The notes beneath the pieces are model-generated. The model did not search any database, was not told the DNA's origin, and worked only from the letters and a program-made list of their open reading frames with translations. This document shows, piece after piece, positions 9,727 through 19,545 of a stretch of 64,000 nucleotides of DNA. Each line of letters begins with the position of its first letter. Position 1 is the first letter of the stretch. A program made the translations under genes and the position numbers. This DNA comes from Candidatus Chisholmbacteria bacterium (lineage in GTDB: Bacteria > Patescibacteriota > Microgenomatia > UBA1400 > Chisholmbacteraceae): the NCBI GenBank assembly GCA_963704905.1, contig CAVPHZ010000001.1, positions 65,547 through 129,546 on the forward strand, given 5' to 3'.

Positions 9727-10521
9727 TTAGTAAAACACGCCAATGACGTAACTTGTTCCTTGAAGCGTTGGATTGTCGAGGATTAATGCTCCGTGGGTAT
9801 TGTGCCATACTTCAAAATCAGTTGCTCCGAGGCTGTTCATCGTTAATAAAAACTCTGCCATTGCGACTGGAGAGTCTAGGTGATCATCCTCGTAGTTCAG
9901 GAGTGATGGATAATCGAAATTACTAATTGTCGATATTGTTTCATCATTCTTTTCCATTGCTTCCAGTTGCATAAATTCATGAGAAAAATCGACACTAGCG
10001 ATAAATAATGATCCTGTGGGAAGTAACTGCGTGAAGAACTTGGCTTTGCTTTCCAGATCATCGAGGTTATATTGAGCGGAAATGATGAGTGGTATAACTT
10101 TCGCATTTGGAAAATACTCAGTCACATACGGAAGCAGTTCCTGAATGCTATGCTCTGTAGCAACTCGTTCATCATCAATGATAATTTCGGGAAATTCCTC
10201 TGTAATAGCTAGGATGATATCTTTTGCAAGATTAATACCCTCTAATTGCTCAGCGGTTTTAAAGGTTGCTACCTCGGTTTCAAGGTGATTTGGACCAAAA
10301 ATGATGATATGGGAAAACTCTTTCTCCTGTGAAAGATTCTTAAGTGATTCGTTTATAAGTTCGCTCGCAACAGCGTGGTGCGGAAGAATAATTCCCCTCA
10401 CCTCTTCATAGGTTTTCGTTCCTGCTACTTCTCCACTTGAATGTTGATTGAGGTAGTATGTTAGTAAAGATGAAATTACTAAAGCAACAAGTGCAATACC
10501 AAAGCTTTTCTTCATATTCAT
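9727..10521 (-). CDS. Memo-family (MEMO1 / AmmeMemoRadiSam protein B-like, LigB superfamily) protein, signal-anchored or secreted
   Basis: The N-terminus has a hydrophobic signal. 'ILPHHAVAS', 'IIIFGPNH', 'EHSIQELLPYV...AKVIPLII' and 'ASVDFSHEF' align with Memo motifs (PHAGyxYSG / vvlGPsH / EHSlEmQLPfL...kivPilvg / SDfSHyg). It overlaps and abuts the flanking genes, indicating an operon. Confidence 0.6.
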   Translation of the reverse strand: MNMKKSFGIALVALVISSLLTYYLNQHSSGEVAGTKTYEEVRGIILPHHAVASELINESLKNLSQEKEFSHIIIFGPNHLETEVATFKTAEQLEGINLAKDIILAITEEFPEIIIDDERVATEHSIQELLPYVTEYFPNAKVIPLIISAQYNLDDLESKAKFFTQLLPTGSLFIASVDFSHEFMQLEAMEKNDETISTISNFDYPSLLNYEDDHLDSPVAMAEFLLTMNSLGATDFEVWHNTHGALILDNPTLQGTSYVIGVFY

Positions 10522-10524
10522 AGA

Positions 10525-13500
10525 CTACTTTCTTTCATTAATTGATATTGGCTCTTCAGCCACGCTAGAAAATACTGACAACGCTCTGGTTGATTGGAAT
10601 ACAATTGGTTCCGCAATATATGTACCCACTGCGTTGGCTCTCGCATAATACACCAGCTGTCTACTTCCATGCACTTGCCACCATGGAGAGTTGTAGAAGG
10701 AATAATTCATTATATTCCGTTCACTTTCTCGGATCCACCCGTTTTGCTTCAAACCATACGCACTTGGATTTTTAATGTAAGTTAATCCAGATGGGAGATA
10801 ATCCGTGATTGTATAACCTCCTAGTGGTGCTGTATCAATATTGAGATTAAAGTCAATTGTGACTTGAATGATATCACCAGGAACAATTGAGTCTCCCTCA
10901 CCTCGTGCTTTTGAATATGTTCGCTTGAGAGTCAATCTGTCATCTGATGGAGCTTGAGCAAATTTATCCGGCCCAACAAAATACGTGGTTGTGACTTCTG
11001 CTTTTCCGTCAGTGACTTCTACAGTAGAGTTGTTTAGCTCGTTTTTCTCAAGGTTCAGTACCCAATTTCTTCCACCTTCGAGAGTCTTTGAAAGATTTCT
11101 TGCGTTTGAAGTAAACGTCACCGCGGTATCTTCCTCTGGTAGTTTTTCTAATTCACTCGTTATGAAGGCAATATCCCCCAGGTCGAGGACAATATCTTCA
11201 GCTTGAGTTTTGTAATCTCTGAGGTATTCATAGAAGCCATCGTTATATTGCTTCTCAACTAAATTGCCAAGAAGGAGGGCAAGGCTAGTATCTTGGATGT
11301 AGCTATCGAGTTGATTTCCTTTCTTGTCTTCAGCTTGGATTCGAATATACGGAGTGTAGGTGTAAGCATAATCTGCGAGGATGTCATAGTAGAGATCCCG
11401 GGCAACTTCAACTTCTCCACTACTTGCTAATGCAATGCCTGCCACTACTTTTTCCTCAAAGGTTGTTGCTGAATCTGCTAAGGCACGCAACCTGTTCACT
11501 TCGGGCTCGTCTAGACTTGATAATCCCCAAGCCGCATATATCTGTTGAATCGTACCACCTCTGCTTTGAGCAAGTTGAGCCTCAAGATAGCTGATGAGCT
11601 CGGCTTTATCGAATGACTCTGAGTGGATATATAACGCCCAGGCAGTCGACTTTAAATGACTTCCACCCCAATTTACTTGTGCCAACCCCCCATCTTCATT
11701 TTGGAACTTGGTTATGTCTTCTTTTTGGATTTGACAAGAAGTGTCGTTATACTTATCGAATAGAATATTTCCTGCGGCTATTCGTGCAAGTTGCTTCTCG
11801 AGTCTATTGCTGTATAAATAACAAAATCTCGTTAGATTACGATAGTAGCTCCCCTTCCCTTCATCACTAATCACAACAGTTACCGGCCGTTCTTCAAGGA
11901 TATTATCTTGTTTTACCGCATCTGTTCTGTCTCCTTTGTTGAGAATGCTCTTTTCTTCACTGTTGAACACAAATCTCGTGTCCAAGACATTGAACGGTAA
12001 TGCAATACCATCATCATAGGAGGAAGTATGTCCGCTTAGCGTAACTTTATACTCGCCTAAGGGGAGGAATGGAAAGGCAAAATTCACAGGTTTGAATGCG
12101 GTGGCAGTCTTATTCTCTTTCTTGACTTCCTCTTCACCGTTTAGAAAGATTGCTTCAAACTGTACAGTATCGCTGCTTGATAGTGCATTTCCGAATGAAT
12201 TCCCGGTAATATATGGTTTTTCTTTATTGAGATACTCCCTGGGAAATTGGCTAGTTACAAAAAAGTCTTTGCTCACGATGAGGCTTGACTCTAGTTGACC
12301 TGCATCGACGTTCCCTGATAACGCTTGGGCATAGATAATCCATGATGTGATATTGTCAGGAAGGTCAAATTCAAAGTTCGCGTATCCTTCAGCGTTGGTT
12401 GTAGCTTTTCCAAAAAAGGCCGTGTCCTTAAACAACTCCCGCATACCTCCACCGCCGCCTTTTTCGGCTTGAGCTTTGTCAGGAAATAGTGGTTTGTGAG
12501 AATTGTAGGTGTAATAGATAAAGCTCGATTCAGTTTCATAGAGCGATGGGAGAATGTTTGGCTCCCGTACACCACCAATCGCTGCTAAGGCTTGATCGAT
12601 TAAGGCGAGGTTGACAGATGCGTTTGAGATTGGACTCTCATCTTTTTTTACCCTTACACTTATCGAGGCTTTTCTACCTGGCTCAAAAGACGATTGGCTG
12701 GGAATGATTTCAAGATCTAACTGACTATCCAGTTGTTTGTAACGAATTTCTAGTCCACTGAAGTAATCTTCCCCATATCCATAGTATGAGTAACAGCTCC
12801 AACCCCATCGGCATGGAGTGGATACGGCTTCATAGTATCTTCCTGTAAAGGAGATTGCTGCTAAATAAATATTTGGAATATGAATCTGTTCAAATATAAA
12901 TGAAGTGTTCGGACTTTCTGAAACAATAGTTTTTTGCTCACCTTTCTTGGCAATTATAAAGAGGAAGCGATTTTTGTCATTGTCCGGATAATCCTCGTCG
13001 TTAATGATGATTTTTGCATCGATTAACTCTCCAACTGAGTAGGAATTTTCATCTTTGTTTACGGTAAGTTCCGGGTTTCGTTGCTCGGAGTAGCTCCCCT
13101 CACCTCGGCCTGGATAATAGTAGTACCACTCTGTCCGATTTGTTTCATGATTGTCACTGTCTACAATACTTATGTCAGCCCTGTATGATTTTCTTGGTTC
13201 CATCTGAAATTCTTTGTAAATCTGACCATTTTGATCAGTATTCATTTGAATATCTTCGACAATTTCTTTATGTTGTATGTACTGATATCTCGGTCGAGTT
13301 ACTTTCTCAATAAAATCATAGTAGACACCAGCTTCTTTTCTTTCTGACCATTGTTTGGTAATTTTAAGATTTACCTTGTGATTCTGAGAAGGACTCCCTT
13401 TTACCTCATTTGTTGTTCCCGCATTCATGCCGCTGAGGTCAACATGATTAACCGTTGCTATTAGCTTGGCTTTGTCGTTTTCCTGTTCGTTTTCCGTTGA

Positions 13501-15753
13501 AATCATTACTTTACTACCATAGACATAGACACTTCCATGACCTTCGATAGTTGCTTGCTCAGCGAGGGCCGGTGTAATCGTAATGCTTTCGTAGCGGGGG
13601 TAATTGTATCCACCTGTTTTATAGACAGGAGTGTAGGTAAATGTTGCTTCTCCGTTAAGGCTGGTTTCTAATTCGGAAGTTTTGTTGTTTTGTGATTCAT
13701 GGATTTTGATAGGAATATTACTAGCTGGAGTTTCATCAAAAAATTTTACTTGGGATGTATATTTTACTGTTTGATCGGTAAATATCGCTTTTTTATTTGC
13801 ATCGACTTCGATTTTCATTTCAGGTTTCTCGTATTCCAATACCTGAAACCCAAGACTCGTGATCTGTAAATCATTTACCGAAAGCGATAAGGTGTACCAA
13901 CCAGTTGGCGCGTCTACTAGAGCAAAGCTTTCAAGAAATGTTCCATCAGGTTGTGGATTTACAGTTTTCTTTAATACATCACTTTCCCCTCGCTGATACC
14001 CTATTGAGAGACTGAGCGTCGCGGAGGGGGTAAAATTCGAATCTTTTTCTTTAATTACGCCCCAGAAGTAGACTGTGTCGTTTGGCTTGTACATCCGACG
14101 TTCGTTATAGAGATAGGACCAGTAATCATCTGCAGTTTTTTGATTTGGCCGAGCATTACCTCCAAGCGATCGTACTGGAAGGAGGAGTTTTTTCTGATCT
14201 GGGTTTGTGATTTCAAGGTAATGTCTTCCTTTTTCAAAAAAGATTTCTGGGGTATTAAACCTTGCGATTCCATCTTGACTGGTTGAATAACTCAGACCAG
14301 TATCAATAACTTGTATATTTGCCAAACTGGCTGGTTGACTATTCACGATATTAGCCCATACTATTGATTGTTCCTTCCCCGCTGAGACATAGCCAGAAAG
14401 AAAGGTAGATTGGAGCCAAATTTGCTCTAATTTCGTTCCGTCTTCATACCACAGTTGAACAAGATAATAGCCCTCCGGCAAGGCTTGTGGAAGTTGGATG
14501 AAGGAAATATTTTCTTTATTTTGAATTTGAATATCTGCTTCTAAGACTTTTGAAAGGTTGCTCGTTTCAACAGCTTCCTCTTCAGCATAATAATTTCTCC
14601 AACTATCCAAGACTTCGTCGATCTTCTTCCTTGAGTCTAAATACTCTTGACTTGAAGGAAATTGATACACCTGGGCTTTAAGAACATCCTCTGGTTTCCA
14701 ATTTAAAGCGAAGACTTTTGCCATGTATTCTTCATTGGGAACAATTTGAGCAAAATCTACATCAATACTTACTCTGGCAGGTCTCTCCTCTTTTTCCTTG
14801 GTTTGGAAGGTGAATGAATAATCTTCAGAGATGGGATCGTCTCGCGACTCGAGTTTCAACCCTGCTTTGAGGGTCACTCTGTAGACAAATTTTTCGATGA
14901 GTGGTGCTTGTGGAACAATGGCAAGTGTATCTCCGTGCCGTTCGAGTCTGTAATTAATCTTGGGTTCTATGGAAATGAAAGGTGATGGATCTTCATAATC
15001 ATCTTGACTAAACACTAATTCAATTCCGGTATTGATTGGAACATTATTTTTCTTATCACCCGGAATATTACTTATGACTCTAAATTTTCCTTGTGTTTGA
15101 TATGCCCAGCTATAATCACGATCGAATGTATGTCCTTCATGCTCAACGCCTTCTACTGCGAGCTGAACTTTAAACACCTTATCTAAACCTAAAGGTGACT
15201 GTGGAGATATCGTTACTTCCTGGTCATTCCTGGCTGTTATTTGAATTGGAGCGCTACTTTGAATGTTTTGACGAATGAATTGTTCGGTGACTGGTTCTTT
15301 TGACTTTAAAATAAAAACCTCTTTGGGAAGGATTCCGTATGTACTCTGTGTTTGTGCTTCAAGCAAGAAAAACGGTGGTTCACGGTCAGGAATTTCCAGT
15401 CTTTTCCAGTCACCAACAGCCTGAAATCCAGTTGGAGAAGGTCGTTGAAGGAATGAAGGGAGTTTACCTTCCCTGTTTAAGCTGATTAAAACCGTCAATA
15501 ACGCAATAGTTACCAGGCTTGTTGATGTAGCTAAAAGAATTTTCTTTCTACTAGAGAATGTTTGCCAAAATGATTTAAACTGATCTCTTTTGGACGATAA
15601 GGATAGTGAAAGCTTTTTTAATAGTGAGGCGGGTTTACCTAGAATTGATTCCTGATTAGGACCAAGATTTTTAGGATTTGTTGATTGATCCTGAGAAGAA
15701 GGACTTTGATTGTTGTCTGTTGTGTTATTAATCTCAGTGCTGTTTTCGTCCAC
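10525..15753 (-). CDS. Giant (1742 aa) alpha-2-macroglobulin-family protein, N-terminal TM anchor, apparently thioester-less
   Basis: It has a GTG start and an N-terminal Ser/Asn/Gln-rich low-complexity region followed by a TM helix ('ILLATSTSLVTIALLTVLISL'). The A2M hallmark 'FKDTAFF...LPDNITSW' at about nt 12341-12455 matches FPETWLW...PDSITTW. The TED-like region 'FCYLYSNRLEKQ' sits where GCGEQ is expected and has no Cys-x-E-Q. 'EDGGLAQVNWGGSHLKSTAWALY' is TED-like. The C-terminal 'VYYARANAVGTYIAEPIVFQS' resembles the A2M receptor-binding region. Confidence 0.65.
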   Translation of the reverse strand: MDENSTEINNTTDNNQSPSSQDQSTNPKNLGPNQESILGKPASLLKKLSLSLSSKRDQFKSFWQTFSSRKKILLATSTSLVTIALLTVLISLNREGKLPSFLQRPSPTGFQAVGDWKRLEIPDREPPFFLLEAQTQSTYGILPKEVFILKSKEPVTEQFIRQNIQSSAPIQITARNDQEVTISPQSPLGLDKVFKVQLAVEGVEHEGHTFDRDYSWAYQTQGKFRVISNIPGDKKNNVPINTGIELVFSQDDYEDPSPFISIEPKINYRLERHGDTLAIVPQAPLIEKFVYRVTLKAGLKLESRDDPISEDYSFTFQTKEKEERPARVSIDVDFAQIVPNEEYMAKVFALNWKPEDVLKAQVYQFPSSQEYLDSRKKIDEVLDSWRNYYAEEEAVETSNLSKVLEADIQIQNKENISFIQLPQALPEGYYLVQLWYEDGTKLEQIWLQSTFLSGYVSAGKEQSIVWANIVNSQPASLANIQVIDTGLSYSTSQDGIARFNTPEIFFEKGRHYLEITNPDQKKLLLPVRSLGGNARPNQKTADDYWSYLYNERRMYKPNDTVYFWGVIKEKDSNFTPSATLSLSIGYQRGESDVLKKTVNPQPDGTFLESFALVDAPTGWYTLSLSVNDLQITSLGFQVLEYEKPEMKIEVDANKKAIFTDQTVKYTSQVKFFDETPASNIPIKIHESQNNKTSELETSLNGEATFTYTPVYKTGGYNYPRYESITITPALAEQATIEGHGSVYVYGSKVMISTENEQENDKAKLIATVNHVDLSGMNAGTTNEVKGSPSQNHKVNLKITKQWSERKEAGVYYDFIEKVTRPRYQYIQHKEIVEDIQMNTDQNGQIYKEFQMEPRKSYRADISIVDSDNHETNRTEWYYYYPGRGEGSYSEQRNPELTVNKDENSYSVGELIDAKIIINDEDYPDNDKNRFLFIIAKKGEQKTIVSESPNTSFIFEQIHIPNIYLAAISFTGRYYEAVSTPCRWGWSCYSYYGYGEDYFSGLEIRYKQLDSQLDLEIIPSQSSFEPGRKASISVRVKKDESPISNASVNLALIDQALAAIGGVREPNILPSLYETESSFIYYTYNSHKPLFPDKAQAEKGGGGGMRELFKDTAFFGKATTNAEGYANFEFDLPDNITSWIIYAQALSGNVDAGQLESSLIVSKDFFVTSQFPREYLNKEKPYITGNSFGNALSSSDTVQFEAIFLNGEEEVKKENKTATAFKPVNFAFPFLPLGEYKVTLSGHTSSYDDGIALPFNVLDTRFVFNSEEKSILNKGDRTDAVKQDNILEERPVTVVISDEGKGSYYRNLTRFCYLYSNRLEKQLARIAAGNILFDKYNDTSCQIQKEDITKFQNEDGGLAQVNWGGSHLKSTAWALYIHSESFDKAELISYLEAQLAQSRGGTIQQIYAAWGLSSLDEPEVNRLRALADSATTFEEKVVAGIALASSGEVEVARDLYYDILADYAYTYTPYIRIQAEDKKGNQLDSYIQDTSLALLLGNLVEKQYNDGFYEYLRDYKTQAEDIVLDLGDIAFITSELEKLPEEDTAVTFTSNARNLSKTLEGGRNWVLNLEKNELNNSTVEVTDGKAEVTTTYFVGPDKFAQAPSDDRLTLKRTYSKARGEGDSIVPGDIIQVTIDFNLNIDTAPLGGYTITDYLPSGLTYIKNPSAYGLKQNGWIRESERNIMNYSFYNSPWWQVHGSRQLVYYARANAVGTYIAEPIVFQSTRALSVFSSVAEEPISINERK

Positions 15754-15914
15754 GTCTTCAGTATATTATTATTCGTAATTATTTATCAATTTTTTATTTA
15801 GTTTGATATTTTTAATTTTCTGACTATCTATGTCGGAATTTACAATATTTTCGTGTTAGGGATTAAATTAAATCATTGATATGATGGGTGAAGTATTTAT
15901 TATGGGCAACTGAA

Positions 15915-16589
15915 ATGATACAAATTTCATCATCAACACTAGCATTTATTCAAAATCTTAAGAAGAATAATACTCGTGAGTGGTTTAACAGCCATAAAGT
16001 TGAATTCAAAAGAGCTCAAGTTGAATTTTCTGAGTTTGTTCATGAGCTCGCGATGCGAATATCAGTATTTGATTCTTCAATAAAAAAAGCACTTTTGATC
16101 CCTGGAACTGTTAAAATCTTCCGTATCTACCGTGATGTTCGATTTAGCAAAGATAAATCCCCTTACAAAACAAATTTTGGTGGGGTCATTACTGCAGGAG
16201 GAATGGAAGGTGGAAATCCAGGTTATTATTTACATCTTCAACCTGGTGAATCGTTTTTTGGCGGTGGACTTCATATGCCTTCAGCTCCAGTGCTAGGTAA
16301 GATCCGCGATGCAATCGATCAAGATGCAAAGCCTTTGAGAACAGTGGTTACGTCTGCGAATTTTAGAAAATACTTTCATGGCTTAGAAACCTATGATTCG
16401 CTGAAAACTGTTCCGAGAGGATATGATAAACAACACCCAGATGCAGATCTTCTAAAACTCAAAAGTCTTACTGTCTTTCATCAACTTAGTAATTCGCAAA
16501 TAACTGAGAAGGATTTTCTTGAACAATGTGTACGCATGTCAAAAGCAATGAAACCGTTTAATGATTATCTTCGTACTGTATCTCTTTAA
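15915..16589 (+). CDS. DUF2461 (TIGR02453) family protein
   Basis: 'NNTREWFNSHKVEF', 'FRIYRDVRFSKDKSPYKT' and 'GYYLHLQPGESFFGGGLHMP' match the DUF2461 consensus. ATG 15915 is preferred over GTG 15888. Confidence 0.7.
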   Translation: MIQISSSTLAFIQNLKKNNTREWFNSHKVEFKRAQVEFSEFVHELAMRISVFDSSIKKALLIPGTVKIFRIYRDVRFSKDKSPYKTNFGGVITAGGMEGGNPGYYLHLQPGESFFGGGLHMPSAPVLGKIRDAIDQDAKPLRTVVTSANFRKYFHGLETYDSLKTVPRGYDKQHPDADLLKLKSLTVFHQLSNSQITEKDFLEQCVRMSKAMKPFNDYLRTVSL

Positions 16590-16639
16590 ATAATTTTTTA
16601 TTTGAATATTGAACTGAAACAATGATGTGTGCGACACTT

Positions 16640-17197
16640 CTAATGTTTCAAAACTCGAAGGATAAATGATTGAATTTCTCGAGCAAGTTTGTCCTTATCT
16701 TTTCCTCGAGGCATGCTTGGGAAGTATTCAAGTAAGTATCCGTTTATGACATGTGTAAGAACTTTTGCGTCTTTTTGTATATCTCTCGCCTTGAATTGCT
16801 TGTTCTTTATTCCAAATTCAAGAACTTCGAGGATTTGGAGATATGCTTTGCCTGGAAGATATCCTGTTTTGAGCCTGCGAAATTTATCTCTGAACGATTG
16901 ATAGTACTTTAGCGATGCTACAAGCTCTTCTGCGTGATCTAATTGAAACAAGATCACCTGCATGAGCAACGCGGAGGCTGTTCGAGGTTTTTGAATTTTT
17001 CCACGTTCCTCTTCTAAGTTAGTATTGATCGAGTTATACATTGCTCTTAACAGTTGATCCTTATTTTCAAAGTGGTGATAGAGTACCGATGGCGCAATTC
17101 CTGTTTCCTTTGCAAGCTTTCTCATACTTAGGCCTTCATATCCCTTACGAGCAAAGATTTTTGTTGCTTCACTTATAGCTTTTTCAGAGGTAGTCAT
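16640..17197 (-). CDS. TetR/AcrR-family transcriptional regulator
   Basis: The HTH is 'ATKIFARKGYEGLSMRKLAKETGIAPSVLYHHFENKDQL'. The start is taken at internal ATG 'MTTSEK'. The long upstream extension in the ORF track has no start context. Confidence 0.8.
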   Translation of the reverse strand: MTTSEKAISEATKIFARKGYEGLSMRKLAKETGIAPSVLYHHFENKDQLLRAMYNSINTNLEEERGKIQKPRTASALLMQVILFQLDHAEELVASLKYYQSFRDKFRRLKTGYLPGKAYLQILEVLEFGIKNKQFKARDIQKDAKVLTHVINGYLLEYFPSMPRGKDKDKLAREIQSFILRVLKH

Positions 17198-17215
17198 TTG
17201 TTTCCTTTCAGTTCG

Positions 17216-17225
17216 AACGATCGTT
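17216..17225. promoter_or_regulatory. Perfect 10-bp palindrome AACGATCGTT in the TetR / Memo-AMMECR1 divergent intergenic region; candidate TetR operator
   Basis: The palindrome lies in the 95-bp divergent intergenic region between TetR and the Memo-AMMECR1 gene. Confidence 0.25.
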
Positions 17226-17292
17226 ATGTCTAAGTTATTAGAAACATTTCGTAAAGTCAATTCCAAATAAAGAATGTTGTATATTGGTTTTA

Positions 17293-18855
17293 ATGAATAA
17301 GAAAAGGATTGGTATTGTTGTTGGAATTTTTGGATTTGTATTGCTTCTATTTTTGATTCCTGGACTAGTAGACAAGGGCAGCAAACCTGATTCAGGTGAT
17401 TCCAACTCTTCTTCTGAAGCAACTCTTCAACAAGTAAGTGTTAGAAAAGCGGCAGTATCCGGACAGTTTTATCCAAAAGATCAAGATGAGCTGAAGGAAA
17501 CTATCACAGGGTATCTGTTAAGCGCTGCTAAACAAAACAGTGAAATTAAACCAAGGATACTATTTGCTCCCCACGCCGGATTAGAATTCTCTGGAAAAAC
17601 TGCTGCATATGCTTATAAGCAAATAGAAGGTCACCAATACTCGAGGGTAATTATCCTTAGTGGAAATCATCATCATAAGAGTAAAAAAGCTGCGGTATAT
17701 GATCAGGGATCTTGGGAAACACCACTTGGTGCTGTTGATGTCGATGAAACCATTGGTCTTATGCTTATTGATGAGGAGAAAAGTATTATTTCGAATCCAA
17801 CTATGTTCACTCAAGATCATACGATTGAAATGGAGATACTCTTTCTTCAATCCGTACTAAATGACTTTAAAATTGTACCAATTCTTCTTGGTCAGGTAGA
17901 TGAAAGTGTCATCGAAGCGTTAGCACAGAAGCTCTACGAAATCATGGATGAGAACACACTGATTGTAGTAAGTACTGACCTTTCCCACTATCCAACATGG
18001 GAAGTTGCTAACCAAGTTGATCATCAGACGATTAATGCAATTGTCGGTGGTAGTCGGGAAACTTATCTCAATTCAGTTGAACATTTAACTCAAGAATATG
18101 CTTCACAAATCGATACTCATGCATGTGGAACCAAAGCCGTTGAGGTTGCACTGCAAACTGCTGAACTACTTGAGATATCAGACTTTGAGCTGATTGTTTA
18201 TTCAAATTCTGGAGATATTACAGGTGATCATTCTCGAGTTGTTGGGTATGCTGCAATTGTTGCTAGCAAAGATCATCTTCCTGGTTCATTTCTTAATGAA
18301 TCAGCAAAGAAAGAGGCGCTGGCTATTGCTCGAGAAACACTTGAGTCATATTTGACAGGTGGCGGCACGCCTCAATTTTCACCACATTCACGGTATCTCT
18401 ATTTTCCCCTTGGTGCATTTGTTACTCTGGAGAATGGTGATCAGCTTCGAGGTTGTATTGGTCATTTTGAACCTGCCATACCACTCCATAGAGTCATCCA
18501 GCAGGCAGCGATTGATGCGGCAACCAAGGATCACCGTTTTAAAAATGTCACTTCGTCCGAGATGAATGAGATTGAGATTGAAGTATCAATCATGACACCT
18601 CGGAGGAAAATAGACTCTTGGGAAGAAATCGAACTTGGCAAGCATGGTGTAGTTGTGCAAAAATCTAAAATATCTGGTACTTTTTTACCTCAGGTTGCAA
18701 CCGATACCGGGTGGAGCAAGGAAGAATTCTTAAAAGAGCTTTGTAGTCAGAAAGCCGGTCTTGCCAGAAATTGCTACCAAGACCCTTCGGTTGCACTTTA
18801 TGTATTTGAAGCACAGATTTTTGCAGATTATGAAGTCTCGGGATCACATATCTGA
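17293..18855 (+). CDS. Memo (AmmeMemoRadiSam protein B-like) - AMMECR1 fusion protein with N-terminal signal anchor
   Basis: N-terminus 'MNKKRIGIVVGIFGFVLLLFLIPGLV' followed by a Ser-rich linker. Memo motifs are 'LFAPHAGLEFSGKTAA', 'VIILSGNHH', 'DHTIEMEILFLQ...FKIVPILLG' and 'VVSTDLSHYP'. The C-terminal half has the AMMECR1 signature 'LRGCIGHFEP' at nt 18436-18474. Confidence 0.7.
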   Translation: MNKKRIGIVVGIFGFVLLLFLIPGLVDKGSKPDSGDSNSSSEATLQQVSVRKAAVSGQFYPKDQDELKETITGYLLSAAKQNSEIKPRILFAPHAGLEFSGKTAAYAYKQIEGHQYSRVIILSGNHHHKSKKAAVYDQGSWETPLGAVDVDETIGLMLIDEEKSIISNPTMFTQDHTIEMEILFLQSVLNDFKIVPILLGQVDESVIEALAQKLYEIMDENTLIVVSTDLSHYPTWEVANQVDHQTINAIVGGSRETYLNSVEHLTQEYASQIDTHACGTKAVEVALQTAELLEISDFELIVYSNSGDITGDHSRVVGYAAIVASKDHLPGSFLNESAKKEALAIARETLESYLTGGGTPQFSPHSRYLYFPLGAFVTLENGDQLRGCIGHFEPAIPLHRVIQQAAIDAATKDHRFKNVTSSEMNEIEIEVSIMTPRRKIDSWEEIELGKHGVVVQKSKISGTFLPQVATDTGWSKEEFLKELCSQKAGLARNCYQDPSVALYVFEAQIFADYEVSGSHI

Positions 18856-18861
18856 GCTAAC

Positions 18862-19545
18862 TTAATCTCCCTTAGCTGCTGTCGCGCATAGATTACATCC
18901 TCTTAGCATGTTAGATTTGTTTCCTTTTCGATCGACATAAAAGATATCAGTATTTTTAAACCCTGCTTCGTTAAGAAGTTTTCTCAAATACGCTTTATCA
19001 AACGCTACGTAAAATCTATTCCATTTATTTTGGTAGGGTTCATACAAGTATCGCCAATTTTTTCGTTTGAGTTTCAAGCTTTCTTTGGAAAAATGAGTAT
19101 CTAAATGACGAAAGTTCAGAAAATTCCATACAGAAATGTTGAGTACCCCTCCGTTTTTTAAGATAGATCTCGATTTATTTAGAACATACAATTGCTTTTT
19201 TCGCTCAGAAATGTGATGGAGTACAGCAATACAAAAGATAGCATCAAACTTAGGCAACCCTTTCCATACTTTTGACTTTGTGATATCCCCGTAGATAAAT
19301 TTTCGTTCAGGGTGTATATGTCGAGCATTCTTGAGAAGTGTCTTTGAAAAATCGATACCAATATATTCCACATTATTTTTTATTCCTGTCAGCAACCTTC
19401 CATTTCCACAACCAAGATCTAAGAGTTGATCACCACTTTTTAATTTTTCAAGTTCTTTCAATGTTTCCGGCCATACAAAACGCCTAGTTTTGCTAAAATG
19501 TTCTGCAATCTGGTTATATGTATCTTTTACCTGGTCTTGAATCAT
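18862..19545 (-). CDS. Class I SAM-dependent methyltransferase
   Basis: Motif I is 'LLDLGCGNGRLL' and motif post-I is 'EYIGIDFS'. The start codon overlaps the Elp3 start on the other strand. Confidence 0.75.
   Translation of the reverse strand: MIQDQVKDTYNQIAEHFSKTRRFVWPETLKELEKLKSGDQLLDLGCGNGRLLTGIKNNVEYIGIDFSKTLLKNARHIHPERKFIYGDITKSKVWKGLPKFDAIFCIAVLHHISERKKQLYVLNKSRSILKNGGVLNISVWNFLNFRHLDTHFSKESLKLKRKNWRYLYEPYQNKWNRFYVAFDKAYLRKLLNEAGFKNTDIFYVDRKGNKSNMLRGCNLCATAAKGD

Noticed and set aside
10590-14273. Multiple 60-95 aa plus- and minus-strand ORFs inside the A2M-like gene (for example 10590-10785, 12291-12578, 14055-14273)
   Set aside because: They are embedded in or antisense to a 5.2-kb CDS with clear family motifs, with no start context or motifs of their own. 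They are typical spurious ORFs in AT-rich DNA.
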